63,707 nt of DNA from Lama glama (Eukaryota): positions 38,564,294-38,628,000 of the forward strand of contig CM052828.1 of NCBI GenBank assembly GCA_028534125.1, given 5' to 3'. The first letter of the stretch is position 1. Each line of letters starts with the position of its first letter. Positions 12,734 through 25,937 of this stretch are shown one piece after another. The translations under genes were made by a program, and so were the position numbers. The notes under the pieces are model-generated. The model was not told the origin of the DNA. It worked only from the letters and a program-made list of their open reading frames with translations, and did not search any database.

Positions 12734-12789
12734 GTGAGCAGGCCTGTCACGTGGTCTTAGAGCCGCAGGGGAGAAGGGGAGGGGGAGGG

Positions 12790-12960
12790 CGCAGTCTGGA
12801 GCCAGCTCAAGTCCAAATTCTGACCCTACACTTACTAGCACCATGACCTTAGCCAGTTGCCCCATCACTCTCTGTACCTCATTCACCTCCCGCCATGTGG
12901 ATGCGTTGTGTTACATGGAGAGTGCTTAGAACAGTGTCTGGTGCATAATAAATGCCACAT
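12790..12960 (+). mobile_element. MIR SINE
   Basis: tctggagccag...cacttactagc...gaccttagccagtt...gtgcttagaacagtgtctgg. Confidence 0.75.
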
Positions 12961-13249
12961 AAGCAGCAGCTCTTTCAGTGACGACTTTTTTTCATATGGG
13001 TACCTCCCTTAGTACCTCTCCCTCGACTCCCCTCCAGACCCTACTCACACCCAACCCCTCCCTAAGTCGCCTGCAACAAGTGGGATCCTGGCTGGCACTC
13101 CTGCTTCTGGTGTATCCCAGCCCACCCACTCCAGTTCCAATCTAACATCCCCTCCTTTGTGACTCACTTCCCAGTGGACACGCCTAATATAGCACCTACT
13201 GCTCTTTTGACTTTGTCTATATTTATGTGTAGTGGTGCTGAAAAACACA

Positions 13250-13805
13250 ATTTTAAAAAGAGCAAAGTCCTTAGACCATCATTCAAACTCTTCCACTGCA
13301 GGGCCTTGGTCTGCCTTCCCAGCATTTCTCCATTTCCCTTCCAAAATCCTCTCCCCAGCCACAGCCATAGCGTGAGCTCCTGCCTCCTGTCCTGAGACCT
13401 ACCACAGGCTTTCACCTCGTTATTCACGTCATATCCCCACACGACCATCCACCAGTCACTCAACCTACCCAAATCCTCCATCCTTCCACGCACAGGTCTG
13501 ATTCCACACCCAACACCTTCCATAACGCCCTGAGAGGAAGGACTTTTCTCTTCTTCAAACTCTGGTGGTAACTATTATCTCATAACCCATTTACCAGTAG
13601 GCCGTGTACCATGTGACGTCACTTCCATCATTGTCCTAAACTCTTATTTATTTATTCATTTATTTATGCATAAATATGTCTTATCTCCCCAGTTGCCACT
13701 AAAGCCCTTGATGGAGGAGCTCTTGGTTAGATTTCTTGGAATGCCCATCACACGTCACATAAGGCTTCGTTCATTATAGGCAGTCCATAAAGATCTGTGA
13801 CCAAA
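13250..13805 (+). mobile_element. LINE-2 3' fragments
   Basis: aaagtcctta...ctctccccagccaca...gtcttatctcccca...aaagcccttga...cataaag: degenerate L2 3' end. Confidence 0.5.
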
Positions 13806-14029
13806 TTTTACTACACAGAGTTTTTACCTGTCAAAGGGACTATGGATGCCCTTGCTTCTTAGCATGGCCCTACTCCACATGGTGACACTTGTGCATTTTC
13901 TTAAGTAGGACATCTTTCTTAGGGGATCCAGGGAAGAAGAAGTCAGCAGTTAGTTCGCCCCCAGCAAGCATGCTGGCAGAAACAGAGATAACACCTGAAC
14001 ATCTCTCATTACTTAGGGAACACTGGCCC

Positions 14030-14230
14030 AATATTTATCTGACAAGTGCTGATTATGTGTTAAGTACATTCTGAGAGCTCACAAATCCTTATGGCAGCTC
14101 CACCAAGTAAATGTCATTATTCCTGTTACAGATGGGGAGCCTGTGCAACTCAACCGGCGGCACACAACGTGTGAAGGACAGACCCAGGATTGCACCAGGC
14201 AAGCTGGCTCCAGAGGCAGTGCTTTTAGAC
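14030..14230 (-). mobile_element. MIR SINE
   Basis: atttatctgacaagtgct...ttacagatggggag...acccaggcaagctggctccagag. Confidence 0.65.
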
Positions 14231-15282
14231 CAAGATACCCTTTCTCATATTGCAAACTTAACCATGTCTCTATAGGAAGACTATATTCTAAGGAATTTAA
14301 AGTAAATTTTCATGAAGTATTTTCTTTTAACAGGAAGAACAGAAGAAAATTTTATCAATATTTCTCCATCTCTAACTTTATTTGAGGGGACTTTAGAGAG
14401 CATGCACTGTATTTCCCCTCACCCTCCCTAAAGAGTCAAGTCAGATAAAGCAGGTGAAAGAAAAAACATCTGCCTCTTTGTGGCACAGAGATTCAGGTAG
14501 AAACGTCTCATACGTTCAAAAGCTTCTGTGAAGAAACCAGACTCGCCCTCCTCTCTTCAACTTAGTGGTGTGCTAATCATACTATCTGAGGTGTGTCTAA
14601 GAATAAACTCCAAAAAACTCAGTTTTCAAGAAAATACTAAATGTAGGATGGGTACCTGCATCCTAGAAATCAAATACGCACACAAATACTTAAAACAAGA
14701 GTTAATAGTAAGGTTAACATTTTCTAGTGGCCCAAGTCAAAAAACCCCTTCTGCTGTCTTCACTTTCACTCTATTACACTCTTTTCATCCAAGGAGGGTG
14801 CTGTTGGCAATCTCCTGCTAGGTGGTTGATTTTCTTCTCTCATCAGCAATGCAGCTGACTTTATTTTTCCTACCTCAATGTTTCCTACATAGGATGGTAA
14901 ACTTCTAAATATCAGTGTCTGCTAAATAGTAAGATCTCAGTAAAGATATTCTGCTTTCAGCTTTCATTGAGGAAAACCATAAAGTTACAGAAAACCCACT
15001 GTGGATGGATCTTACTATGAGAATGTTGTGCCCTCATCCTCCAGTGCCTTCTTGAAGCAGGCACCACATGAGAAAATGTCTCTAAATTTTGTTCTATACA
15101 ATTTTTTGCCTATCCTGAGGAATGAGAATTATTTGTCTTATAAACAATGAAAACTGATCATGTTTCTCATTTTACCTTGGCCACCAGGAAACTCAACACC
15201 AATTTCAGGCCAATTATATTTGGATCTATATTACACACAACTAGAATTGAAGTCATTTAGAATTTTCTGACTCAGTAGGCCA

Positions 15283-16050
15283 GTTGTATTGCCTCTCAAC
15301 TCCAAATGCATCCTTTTTGTCTGCTCTATGAAAAGGGATGTGGGCCCTTTAAGTGTGTTTCCTTTGTCAGCTGGCACTACGTTAACCTTTATCAGCAGTG
15401 GGGTCTGGAGAGACATTTCAGGATGAAAGGATTTTGTTTCCTGGTCTGGTGCTTGCTCTTCAGGCTCCTGCAGGGCGCACAGCTTCTCTAGGGCCCTCTG
15501 ACAGCACAAGCGGCTTCCCAGCACCCAGCACCTGCAGCAGATGCAGCTCTCCAGGGCCAGACTCCTGCAAGGCACAGTGGTCAACACGGCGGAGCAGCCA
15601 GCAGCTTCCTCAGCACACCTGTGGGCAGATTTATAACAGAGTTTCCCCGGTGAGACACCTCCCTGTGTGTTCGCCTCCCTGTGAACAGCCTACTCCAACA
15701 TCCTAGAGGGCAGATTGCCAGCAAGTTCCTAAGAGTGAATTTCTAGATAATTCTAACAGCACAGCATCACAGCGACTTCTCTGCTATCCCATCAGCCACA
15801 GCTGCACCGTCTCCAGCCAGGTCTGGGTCTCAGCCCTGAGGGAGTCCCCCTCCCAACTACCTTGCCCTTGGAACAGTGTGGGCACCACAGCTCTGCATTC
15901 CCATATTCTATAGAGTTCTCTTTACTTCTTCCCAGGCAGCCCCCTGGTGCTTCAATTCCCTGTTACAGCCAATAATTCTTTATATTAAACTGTCCATGTT
16001 CAGATGACTGTGTGGTTTCTCTCTCCCAATCAGCTCCAAACCGACAGACT
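15283..16050 (+). mobile_element. ERVL LTR (LTR41/LTR33 family)
   Basis: 5' gtattgcctctcaactccaaat...tttcctttgtcagctggc; CAG-rich middle; 3' aataattctttatattaaactgtccatgttcagatgactgtgtggtttctctctcc. Confidence 0.75.
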
Positions 16051-16971
16051 TAGCATATGAGCATGTCATGTTTTCTTCCTACCCTGACATCTACTCATTT
16101 ACCCCTTGGTTCTATTATTTTTAAATTCAGATTTCACTGCTTTGTTTTGTATATGCCTTCTTTAGTGTACTTTAAACTATTTGTGGAATTTAAAGGTTAT
16201 TATTTATTTGAAATATGTCAGTGGTCATGCCTATTTAACTTGCTGTGTAGCTTTCTCAGAAAAGAAGCAGACTCCATGCTGTAGGCCAGTTATTTCTGAT
16301 GAAGGTAAGGAGGTGGATGATCCTGCCCCAGCATAGGCTTTACCACAACTGAAATAAGACCTCTAGAAGTTTCAATGTTAGTACAAAGAGTAACAAAGCT
16401 ATTAAAGAGACCCATGATAATCATAGCTCATCATTGTGCTTCTCAAATCAAAATTTTCTTTTCCTAGATAATTCCTGAAATTCATGTGGACTGCCCCAGG
16501 CTAGGAACTGATTCTGGAGATACTAAACTCAGAGAGATGGACAGAGATAGATGTGGAAAATTATAATGAAGCAGAACAGAAATTTTGAAACTCATTTTAA
16601 CACAGTAGAGGATGATAATTTCAAATGAACACACATGAGACTCGTGAGCATCGTGATAACTAAGAAGAAAAGTCTCAGACCAAATTCCCAGGGTGGCCCC
16701 AAATTGAAAACTTCCCAGGTTAACCACCAGTTCCATTATCACTGCCCAGGGAGTTGAGAGCTGCTGTGGGGTGAGAGGAGCTGGCTGTGGTTTGAATCCC
16801 CAGGCTCCACTGAGTGCTAATTATACGCCCTCAAGCAATTATTTAACCTCAGGATCGTAACAATGCCCATCTCCCAAGGTTGCCTCGAAGATAAAGAGAA
16901 GCACCGACTACTGTGCCCTCCTCACAGTGGTGTGAAGGAAGTCTTAGCAAACGTAATCACCTTCTCCCCTG

Positions 16972-17190
16972 ATGTTAGTTTCCTAGCAGCCTAACAAAGA
17001 ACCACAGACTGGGATAGAACAACAGAAGCTTATCGTCTCCAGTTCTACCAGTGAGAAGTTCAAAACCAAGGTGAGAGCTTGACCGCACTTCCCCTGAAAC
17101 CTACAGAGCAAGGACACTTCCTTGCCCTCTCCAGCTTCTGGTAGTCCCAGACTTGACCTGTGGCAGCATTGCTCCCCCTCTGCCTCTCCT
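16972..17190 (-). mobile_element. MaLR LTR fragment (MLT1C/D-like)
   Basis: gttagtttccta...taacaaagaaccacagactggg...cttccttgccctctccagcttctggt. Confidence 0.7.
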
Positions 17191-18169
17191 GGTCTCTACC
17201 CACTCTGGTCCCTGACTCTTATCACCAGCCCTGAACTTACCAGATACTTTTCCCTTTCCTCTTTCTTAATCGGACCCCTTATCCAAAGACCTGTAACTAT
17301 GTTATCAGCTGCATTAAAATCTCTATTCTCTGCCAAACAGGGGCAGTCTACAAAAAATGGCCCAGATGCTAAGAAGGGCATTTTAGTTCATCTGAAGGGA
17401 AACACTTCACATTCCTGTGTTGAAGCCTAAGTCTTTATTTGAAATGTAAGAACTTCAGGGAAGGGTAATAGGCTTTGCCACTAACTCCTTGCAGGGATAC
17501 GGGTCATAATTAGGACACTGGGCTCCTTTGTGGAACAAGAAGACCACAAGGGAAGAAACATAGACCATGCACATGCATGTGAACAGAGACACATCAATGT
17601 ACATTGGAACTGGTCCATGCCAAGAAAAAACAGGTAAATGAGAGGGGTCCTTAAGTTTTGTTATAAGCCTAAAATCTTGGCAAAAATGTAAGCATTGCCT
17701 TTTCTCTCTCTGTCCCTACTCTAAGCACCCTTGTTTCTCCCACTCTAGAAATCCCGAATGAAAAAGGGAAGGGATGGATGGCCTGTAAGAAGCAGCCCCA
17801 CTTAGGCAGCCATATGTATGGTCTGCTTTAAGAGGAAATAAAAGATTCCCTCATGAAAAATCATCTCCCCATCACTCCCCTCAAGGTCTAAAACTCTCAT
17901 CATTAGGATCATTCTTAAGTTAAAGACACCCTATCTTCCCAAGACATTTAATGAAAGCAGGGCACTTCCTGAGAGGAATACACTGTGTCATTAGTGCCCA
18001 TTAACATTCTCACGAGCCCTGGGATACTGTGATCCCTGGTGGGCACCTATGCCAACTGGCCCAAGGGAATAGTGTTTCCTGCTATATCCTCAGAGCTGTG
18101 CAAGTTCCTGGGTGTAAAATGTAATACAAATCTGCCTGTATAAGGTGAAGAGAGAGCACATCACGTCAT

Positions 18170-18268
18170 CATGAAGAGCTAATGATTAATACATCTAAAA
18201 TGCTTAGAACAGTTTCTGGCACATAGTAAGCTCCCAGTAAATAGTGACTATTATTATTATTAATAATA
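18170..18268 (+). mobile_element. MIR 3' tail
   Basis: aaatgcttagaacagtttctggcacatagtaagctcccagtaaatagtgactattattatt. Confidence 0.75.
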
Positions 18269-19124
18269 ACTGATAAAACATACAAGTAATGGAAGAGAAT
18301 AAAGGTCTAGAAAACCAGAACAGGAAGGCCCCATGGGATGATGTGATCAGGAGGGTCTGGGAGGAAGAGGGTGATGGACTGAAAGACAAAGAGAGCAGAC
18401 CAGCTTCCCCTACCATCCAACAGTGTACAGAACAGCTGTGCGGACACTGCCTGGGTCCCAAGGCCCGCTGAGCACCTGGCACTGAACTGTGGTCAGCATT
18501 TCCCTCCAGGGTAGAGCCGGAAGCATTTGTCTCAAAGCCCTGCTGTGGCCCCAACAAGGACCCGAGGGACAGCATCCAGCCTAAGGGAGAGGCAAGGTGC
18601 TGCATGCAACACAGTTCCTGAAGCGTGTTAGTGGTGGCTCGTGAAGAGAAAATGTACTCAAATAGGTTTCTAGGTTAAATATGGTTCAACATACTTCTTT
18701 AGAATAAGATTTCCCAGAGCTTCTAATATGCCTAAGTGCGTTGTGAGTCTCCAGGGGTGGATGCTGTGCACAGTGTTTCCCAATGTGTTTGACTCAAGAA
18801 GCCTGTTTTTAACAGAGCAGCCGGAGACTCGTGTCCTGCTGGAAAACTCTGCGGATGTGGATTATGCTGGACAAAATGTCTCTCTGGCCGAGCCACCTAG
18901 GGTTTGAGTCCCCACTTCCTTATCTGAAAAATGAAAGATTCTCAGCTCAGTGGTTCTTAGCTGAGAAGCTGGCAAAAGCCATGGAGCCCTGTCACTCTGC
19001 ATGTATTATACATGTGCCAGATTCTTTTTTCATGCAGTCTCAGGGAATCATAAACCTTTCAACTATAAGATGTTCTAAAATCCCATCCATCTCTCAGATG
19101 GTGAGGGTACCTGAATTAGAAGGA

Positions 19125-19632
19125 CATCATTGTTTTGGCCTACCCAGCATCCCTTCCCTTTCCTTTCGGTAACAGCACTGGCTCCCCTTTATGAAACCAT
19201 CTCTTTCCCTTCTCAGCCCATATGTTTCAAGAAAAGTGGATCACCTCCCTCCAACTCAGAAGTGGGCACGTCCCCCAAGCTTGACCAGTCGGAATACTTC
19301 ACTTGCCAGACCATGGCAAAGAGTCCGTGGACATCACAGTGTTGATGAGAGAGTTCTCTAGGACATATGCTGAGCTGTCAGATAAGAAAGGAGGAAGGAG
19401 GGAAAGAAGGCAGGAAGGAGGGGAGGAAGGGGGTAAAGGCTTTACACAGTGGCTACTAAACTAGCAGAATGAAAGCCTGCAGTTTTTATCTTTGAGAGGG
19501 GAAGCCATTTCTGATAGCATTAGCTGAATCATCCCTAAAATCCACTTCCTCCCCCAAAATATCCCACTTGTGTGAGCCAATAAATATTCTCTTCTGTTTA
19601 AAATAACTTGCAACTGAAAGAGTGCTGAATAA
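19125..19632 (+). mobile_element. Old MaLR LTR (MLT1K/L-like)
   Basis: tgttttggcctacccagcatcc...tgtgagccaataaatattctc...acttgcaactgaaagagtgctgaataa. Confidence 0.65.
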
Positions 19633-19694
19633 TTCAGACTTCAATCTTGGAACTCCCAGGGCTGCTCTGAGGCTCAATTAAGAGGCTCACCATG

Positions 19695-19783
19695 TTAACA
19701 ACAAGGTCCTACTGTATAGCTCAGAGAAGTATATTCAATACCTTGTAATCACCTATAATGAAAAAGAATATGAAAAGGAATGC

Positions 19784-19827
<44 letters not shown>

Positions 19828-19909
19828 CTGAATCACTATGCTGTACACCAGAAATTAACACAACATTGTAAACAGACTATACTTCAATTTAAATTTTTTT
19901 AATTAAAAA
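19695..19909 (+). mobile_element. 5'-truncated L1 3' end with perfect 15-bp TSD
   Basis: TSD aagaggctcaccatg at 19680-19694 and 19910-19924; aacaacaaggtcctactgtatagc...aactgaatcactatgctgtacacc. Confidence 0.9.
19786..19825. repeat. (TG)n microsatellite inside L1
   Basis: About 20 uninterrupted TG units. Confidence 0.95.
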
Positions 19910-20592
19910 AAGAGGCTCACCATGCTAACGCTAACTACACTCAACAGAAAACAGCAGGGGAAGGACATTCATGGAGGACTGTGTATAGATAGGAACTGGT
20001 AGGACCTGACCCCTGATCCATTTGAGCTCTGACCCAAGAAGACCCCAGAGACTGCAGACAGTGTCCTCCACCTGCTATCTGCTACCTGAAATGCCATCCT
20101 GGAGCACCTGGGATGCTGGTGGGAGGCAGAGGGAGGTATGGGAGTACTGCTCAGCCTTTTGAGACTCAAATGAATCTAATCAATTCTCTTCTTTGAAAAA
20201 GAACGGAACATATTTGCCTGCAATTTCAGGTGTTTACAAATACCTGGAAGCCCCAAATAGACTCCCTCAAGGGGTCCCAGGACTGCATGACCTCACTTAA
20301 GTAGAGAGGAGTTGATGGACTTGCTCCAGGAAAGATCCCAGTCTCTCAGAGGACTGGAGGTGGGGAAGGAGGAGAAAGGGAGATCACCAGCAGTATGACA
20401 AGGAAAAGGAGGGTGAGAATCTGCAAAGACTCCAGCATTTAAACGAACAGCGTGAACTGGTCTCACTGCTCCCTACCTGTCCCTTCAAGGAGTTTTCAGG
20501 AATGGGGAGCTAACATAGCAAGACCCCCTCTTAGTCAGATTTGGGATTAACCTGTGGCCTAAGGTTTGGATTCCTGTTAGAAGTGATCCCTG

Positions 20593-20762
20593 TTGGCAGA
20601 TACAAACCACTGTGTACAGAATAGATTAACAACAAAGTCCTACTGTACAGCACAAGGAACTACATTCAATGGCTTGTTGTAACCTGTAATGAAAAGGAAT
20701 ATGAAAAGGAATATATATATATATATTATATATTATTTTTACATATTTATATATGCAAAAAA
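20593..20762 (+). mobile_element. Short L1 3' UTR insertion with 12-bp TSD, lacking the normal 3' terminus
   Basis: TSD aagtgatccctg at 20581-20592 and 20763-20774; gcagatacaaaccact...aacaacaaagtcctactgtacagcac. Confidence 0.85.
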
Positions 20763-21659
20763 AAGTGATCCCTGGAGAGAGAATATTTTAAATTCTTATC
20801 AGTCATTCATACCTTTTTCCAGGTAACTTATTCCACTAAGAAGACTCAGGGTGCCCGGATAAGAGTGGGAGAGAGAGTTGAGACAACAGATGTCCTCTGC
20901 AGGCGGCTTTGTCTGGGCCTGCACGGTGGAAGCACTAGTCTCCAAAAAAAGCAAACAATCCTAACTTTGAAATATTTTGCTGAATAACTGTTTTCAATGG
21001 CTGTGTTCTTCCCAGTTGTGGGAGATTTTACTGAAAAAAGAAATTTCTTCTCTTTGCCAAGATTTCATAACCAAGGAACAACTGAGCGTATAGTTGGCCT
21101 TAAGTTGAACTGCAAAGTTAGAGGCTGATGGCTTAACAAAGCCTCACCCATTTTTCTTCCCACCTTTAAAATGTTTTTTATCAAAACTGGCCTCCCCTAC
21201 TGAAGCCGGACTGTTCCTTTCCCAGCCCACCCTCAGCCCCCCACTCCCCCACCCGACTCCCCACAAGCCTGGGCCTGGGATCCTGTATCCAAGGTCTGAG
21301 GCAAGGAAAGGAGGGGACAGCTGCATAATCCTTCCACCAAACCATCGTCTTGGATTTTCTCTCCTGCCCTAAAAGATGTCAGAGCTAGGGTCTCACATTA
21401 GGAGGGCTCAGATGAATCTCCTGCGAAAAACACAGTTTACAATCCAGAGCCTTTTGCCAAGAATAAGAATGGTCTCCCCTGTGCCTATTTCAGCCTCAAG
21501 TTGAGAGCAGATCATAATTTACGTTCGCCTAATTCCTTCACAGCCTGAAAGCGCTTTTCTTTATCTTTCTGCCTGTGTGTTTGTTATACTCGGGACCCCA
21601 GAGGGGAGCCAAGATGTCAAATCTGCTCCATAGCAACTGTCTCCCTCTTGTTTCAGTAG

Positions 21660-21733
21660 AGCCTGAGTGGGCATCCTGACCGCACGTGGAGATGCAGCCT
21701 GAAATTCAGGCAGGTCCCCGAGTTCACTTCAAG
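21660..21733 (+). pseudogene. Candidate exon of the same plus-strand gene remnant (SLSGHPDRTWRCSLKFRQVPEFTS, or from 21657 xEPEWAS*PHVEMQPEIQAGPRVHFK)
   Basis: Strong acceptor ctgtctccctcttgtttcag(tag)| and donor AAG|gtttgt; CpG-retaining unique sequence. Confidence 0.3.
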
Positions 21734-22650
21734 GTTTGTCTGCCGGTAGATATGAATATTGTTAAAGGTTTGCCACCATAAATCCTTGAAAAATAAGAAC
21801 AATTTATTTATGATACAAAACAAGATTTTTACATCAAAAGTAAAGAAGTAAACTAAGCCATCTAGTTTCATCTTGTTTTGAAAGACTTGTTTCAGTACCA
21901 AAATCACTCAGCTTGGCATATTCCATAGGAAGCTCATTAAAACCTAAGAAACAGCTTCCCATCAGCTCATATTTGATATAAATACACAGCAAGAATCTGG
22001 TCACCAGGATCTATGTTTTATGAATGACCACGTACCGGCACGGCCTCAGGCACTGAATGTGCGACTTCACCACAGCGCCTCTAAAGAGGATGAGAAAGTA
22101 TGTGGGGTCTATATCGGATGCCTCCTTCTCTCTATTTTGTACCCTCTTACACTTTGTAGAATCCCTTGGAAGTTTCTCTTTGTTATCTGTCCACAGACCC
22201 CATCTTCATGTTGCCCCTGCACAACAAAGGGCTGTGCTCTGAACCACCTACCCAGGATGGCAGTTTGAAGACTGTGTGTTGCAAGAACAAAGCTCACCCG
22301 TTGAAAACAGTTCCACATAGTGGAGATGGCAGGCACCATCTGGCAGGATGCTTTTGCCTTTCTCCTTAGCAACTGCTCCCACATCCATGTCCCTGGTTAC
22401 CTTGTGAGCTTCCCTAGCTACCAGGGCTCCCAGTCCCTAGACACCTCTGACACTACCCTTGTCTGCTCACAGCTTCTCCTGTGAACTCCGAGAACCCTTT
22501 GGAGGTGGATCCCAGGGATTCTGCCTTTTGGATCATAGACTGACTCTCAGTACCAACTCTGGTCTCAGTCTTGCCAAGCCGACGGTATGTTGGTCAAAAC
22601 CCCCTGTTCCAGTGTTTTAGTTCAGCATTAGACAATCTGATCAGTTAACC

Positions 22651-22818
22651 CAGTGGATCTCAATCCTGGATGCACATTTGAATCTCCTGGAAGACTTTAA
22701 AAATGACCAACCCCCAGGCATTAGCCCCAGAGATTCTGATTTCATTGGTCTGGGACAGAGCAGTATTTTTTAAGCTCCACAGGTGGTTCAAAGGTGAGTC
22801 AGGGTTATGAATCAAGGA
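22651..22818. mobile_element. hAT-Charlie MITE (MER5B-like)
   Basis: cagtggatctcaatcctggatgcacatttgaatc...cccagagattctgatttcattggtctggg. Confidence 0.75.
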
Positions 22819-23247
22819 TCCAACCCAAGAAATGCAGACCACCAAGCCTACTTCCACATCCAAAAAATAATTTCTTGCTCAATTATGACTGCTTGGACAG
22901 GCAATACTAAAGAAGTTATCCCAGTTTTATTTAAACAAGTAATTCCTCCAAATTTTTTAATTTGTCTTACATTCAGTAAAATATACATTTTATAATGATA
23001 TTTTATAAAAACCAATCCAATTTTTTCTCTTTCAGGACAGCTCATAAAACTGCATTACCTGATGAATGTAAACTTTGTCTCTGTGACTCCCTGGTTGAAT
23101 ATCATGCACCTTTGGAAACTAACTTTTTCACGCCTCCAAAGTGCTATGTAAAACCCTGAAATAGTCAGGTTATATAATCTATAAGAAGAATGTCATTAAC
23201 CATTTTTCCAATGAAATCTTCACAGCTTTTCACTTAACCCTCCAATC

Positions 23248-23395
23248 CAGTGCTATCCAAGGTGAGGTCCACAGAGCAGTAGCCATGGTAGAAATGCAGA
23301 ATCTATCGTCCCACCCCAGATCAACTGAATCCGAATCTACATTTTAATAGATCCTCAGGAGAACACACAGCTCCATTCAAGTAGGAAAAGCACCA
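23248..23395. mobile_element. hAT-Charlie MITE (MER5A-like)
   Basis: cagtgctatccaaggtgaggtcc...gaaatgcagaatct...ccaccccagatcaactgaatccgaatctacattttaa. Confidence 0.75.
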
Positions 23396-24324
23396 CCCAG
23401 TAAACTACTTTTATCAGCCTTTAACTTCTCTCAAGGCTCTCCCTTTTTGGTCTTAGCCCCCCATGAAAATTCTGCCCCCACCAAACCTAGTAACTCCCAG
23501 CTTTCAACCCCTTTCCCCACCATCTGCAAAGCCCTCTCCTCTTTTTGCCTAAAGGCAGCATTCTCATTTCTCAAGGTCCCTGCTGAACCTCTCAACTCCA
23601 AAACCTTCGCAGGTCTCCCGCGCCCGAGAGTCCTTGCCCGCCTCTAATTTTACAGCACTTGTCTAGCTAAATATTTATCCAGCATTGTGATTGTTCTTGT
23701 TTTCTTATTTAATCCTTATTTTGCTCTTAACTTTCCAAATACTTCTGCCTTGTATCTCCTGCTAGTCCATCACTTACATGTTTTTGCACCTGTCATGGGG
23801 CTTTGCACATAATAGATTCAATAAATATTTGGTGTTTGGCTTTGACTTAGATCTCTGATGGCAAACTACATAATACAGAAAACCTGTAAATTTGAGTCTA
23901 GAAACTAGTAAAAAAAATTTACAGCATCTAAGCTTTGCTGGCATTAAACCTTCCAGTATGCTGAACACAAGAGCTGCAAAATAACATACCGTACAGATAC
24001 TGAACTATTTTTAAATAACTGGAGAAAATAAATATCAAAAATAAAAGACAATATAATATCAAATATCAACTAACAATGTAAGTAGAAGCATTTCATATTA
24101 TTGTTGCTAAGGACAACTAATCAAATAAAATCCCTTAGCTACCAAAAGCTGCCATTGACCAAAATGCATTGACAGCCAACTCCAGCCTATGATGTGCAAG
24201 GGAAAATACATAGGGCTTCTGACCAGAATCGTGTCTACCAGGATACAGGCATTCCCCAAACCCACTCCATTCCAATCCTGGATAGAATCACCCCATACAT
24301 TGTGGCAGGAACACTCAGGGGTAT

Positions 24325-24835
24325 TTTTTATTCTTTTATAAAATCCATAAGTATTATTGAGAATTTAACAATATGTCCTGTAGCAGGTCCCAGAAATGCA
24401 AAGATGGCTAAGATGTGTCCTTACCATCAAGCCGCTCACAGTCTTAGTGGGAAGAGGCATAAACAGATAAACAATGTGGAACATATGGTACTAGAGTACA
24501 CAGACACAGGGCATTATGGGAACACAAGGAAGTGCTGCCTAACTCAATGTGAAGCAATCAGGCTTTTTGGAGGTGGTGGTGCCTGAGCTGAGACTTAGCA
24601 TTGGCAAAGGAACTAGCCAAGTGAAAGATGAAGATCAATATTCCAGTTAGGGGAAGCATGTAAGGAGAGAGAAGAAGTGAAGACAACATGGTATGAGGAA
24701 GGAGCTTTGATACTTCCACACTGTATGAGGTTGAAAGTTATGAGGTTTTCTCTATAGAGAGAGTGACCATTTGCTAGTTGATAAGTTTGAGACAAAAGAC
24801 CTTGGACTTTATCTTAAAGGCAAAAGGAGAATGTC
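24325..24835 (-). mobile_element. LINE-2 fragment
   Basis: agtattattgag...gctcacagtcttagtggg...cctgagctgagactta...ttggactttatcttaaaggcaa. Confidence 0.65.
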
Positions 24836-25937
24836 TAGGCTTGAAAGACTTGTGCAGCTCCCAAGATCTAATATGCAAAATAAGAACAGCTTTGATTCTA
24901 GATGAACCATAACTACATAAAATGCCATAGAACCTTTGTCAACATGGCTACTTAGATACTGATTCAAACATTTCATGGATCATCTCTACAGATGGGTCGT
25001 GGAGGAAATGATCTCTGAGATAAATCCCTTCCAGCCAAGATTCTATTTTCTGATTGGCAAACATAACCCTGGGTCTGTCCTTCTGAAGGCACTGAAGCGT
25101 ACCACAGGACAAATACCACAGTGTTTTTAAGATAGTACAATGAAAAGAGCATTAAAATTGCCATAGACTAGGAGTCTAGCTTCTTCTCATTCCTAGCTAA
25201 CTCCCCTCTTCAGCAAACTATAACTTTCCTCCAATTATAGCTCATCATGTCAGGCAAATGTATGTGTTTATTATTTCTTTATTCTTAGTATTTTAATTTA
25301 AATTATTTAATAGGTTTTTTCATTTACAACCAACCAGTTCAATTATGTGATTTTTACTTACATATGCACACATACACACACAGATTTTTACTCAATTTTG
25401 ATAAGTGAGAAGCTGGTTGATTTGAATATTAGCATTTTGTGAAATTTTGCCTCAATATAAAAAAATAAATTGTTTATTCTGGTTGTTCAAAACCATTAAC
25501 ATGGAAGAAAAACACCAGCAGGAAGTAATTCTGCTTGGTTCAGGCAGGTGACAAAATGCATTATATCCAAAGTTATATATAAGCCGGAATCATTCAACTG
25601 CCAGTCTTTTAAATATGTCACATCTCCATCCTGAACCTTATACACTGCTTCCTCTAATGGCTCCTAATCTGGGCCCAGCTTCTCAAATGGATAAAACCAG
25701 ATTAATTCAGCCATGTTTTGCTAGCTTCCCATATTTGGATGCAACATCTCATCTTTGCACCTCACCTGTGTAGGTATTATTTTCCCAGCAGTGACTTTAC
25801 TGTTTGGAGATGGGGCAAATGTCCATATTTACATTTTTAGTCTTTTCAGTACCATAGAATTAAGTAACTGTTAAGAAAAATAGCAGTGATGATAATTTAG
25901 AATAAATTAAAGAGGTAAGCTTGATAGGCCCAAGGAG

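Noticed and set aside
12578-12886. Minus-strand 102-aa ORF (...HVDVREKELSEFIILETGTLIFPADLEC...)
   Set aside because: In-register antisense shadow of the plus-strand candidate exon; starts in a MIR; splice signals favour the plus strand, though strand is not proven.
14338-15100. Further acceptor-like sites at 14338 and 14961
   Set aside because: No matching donor or phase-consistent open frame.
16468-16720. Exon-like segment after a strong acceptor (ttttcttttcctag|)
   Set aside because: Stops in all frames, no clear donor, and could be an ancient L1 ORF2 remnant. Worth revisiting only if an ortholog of the candidate gene is found.
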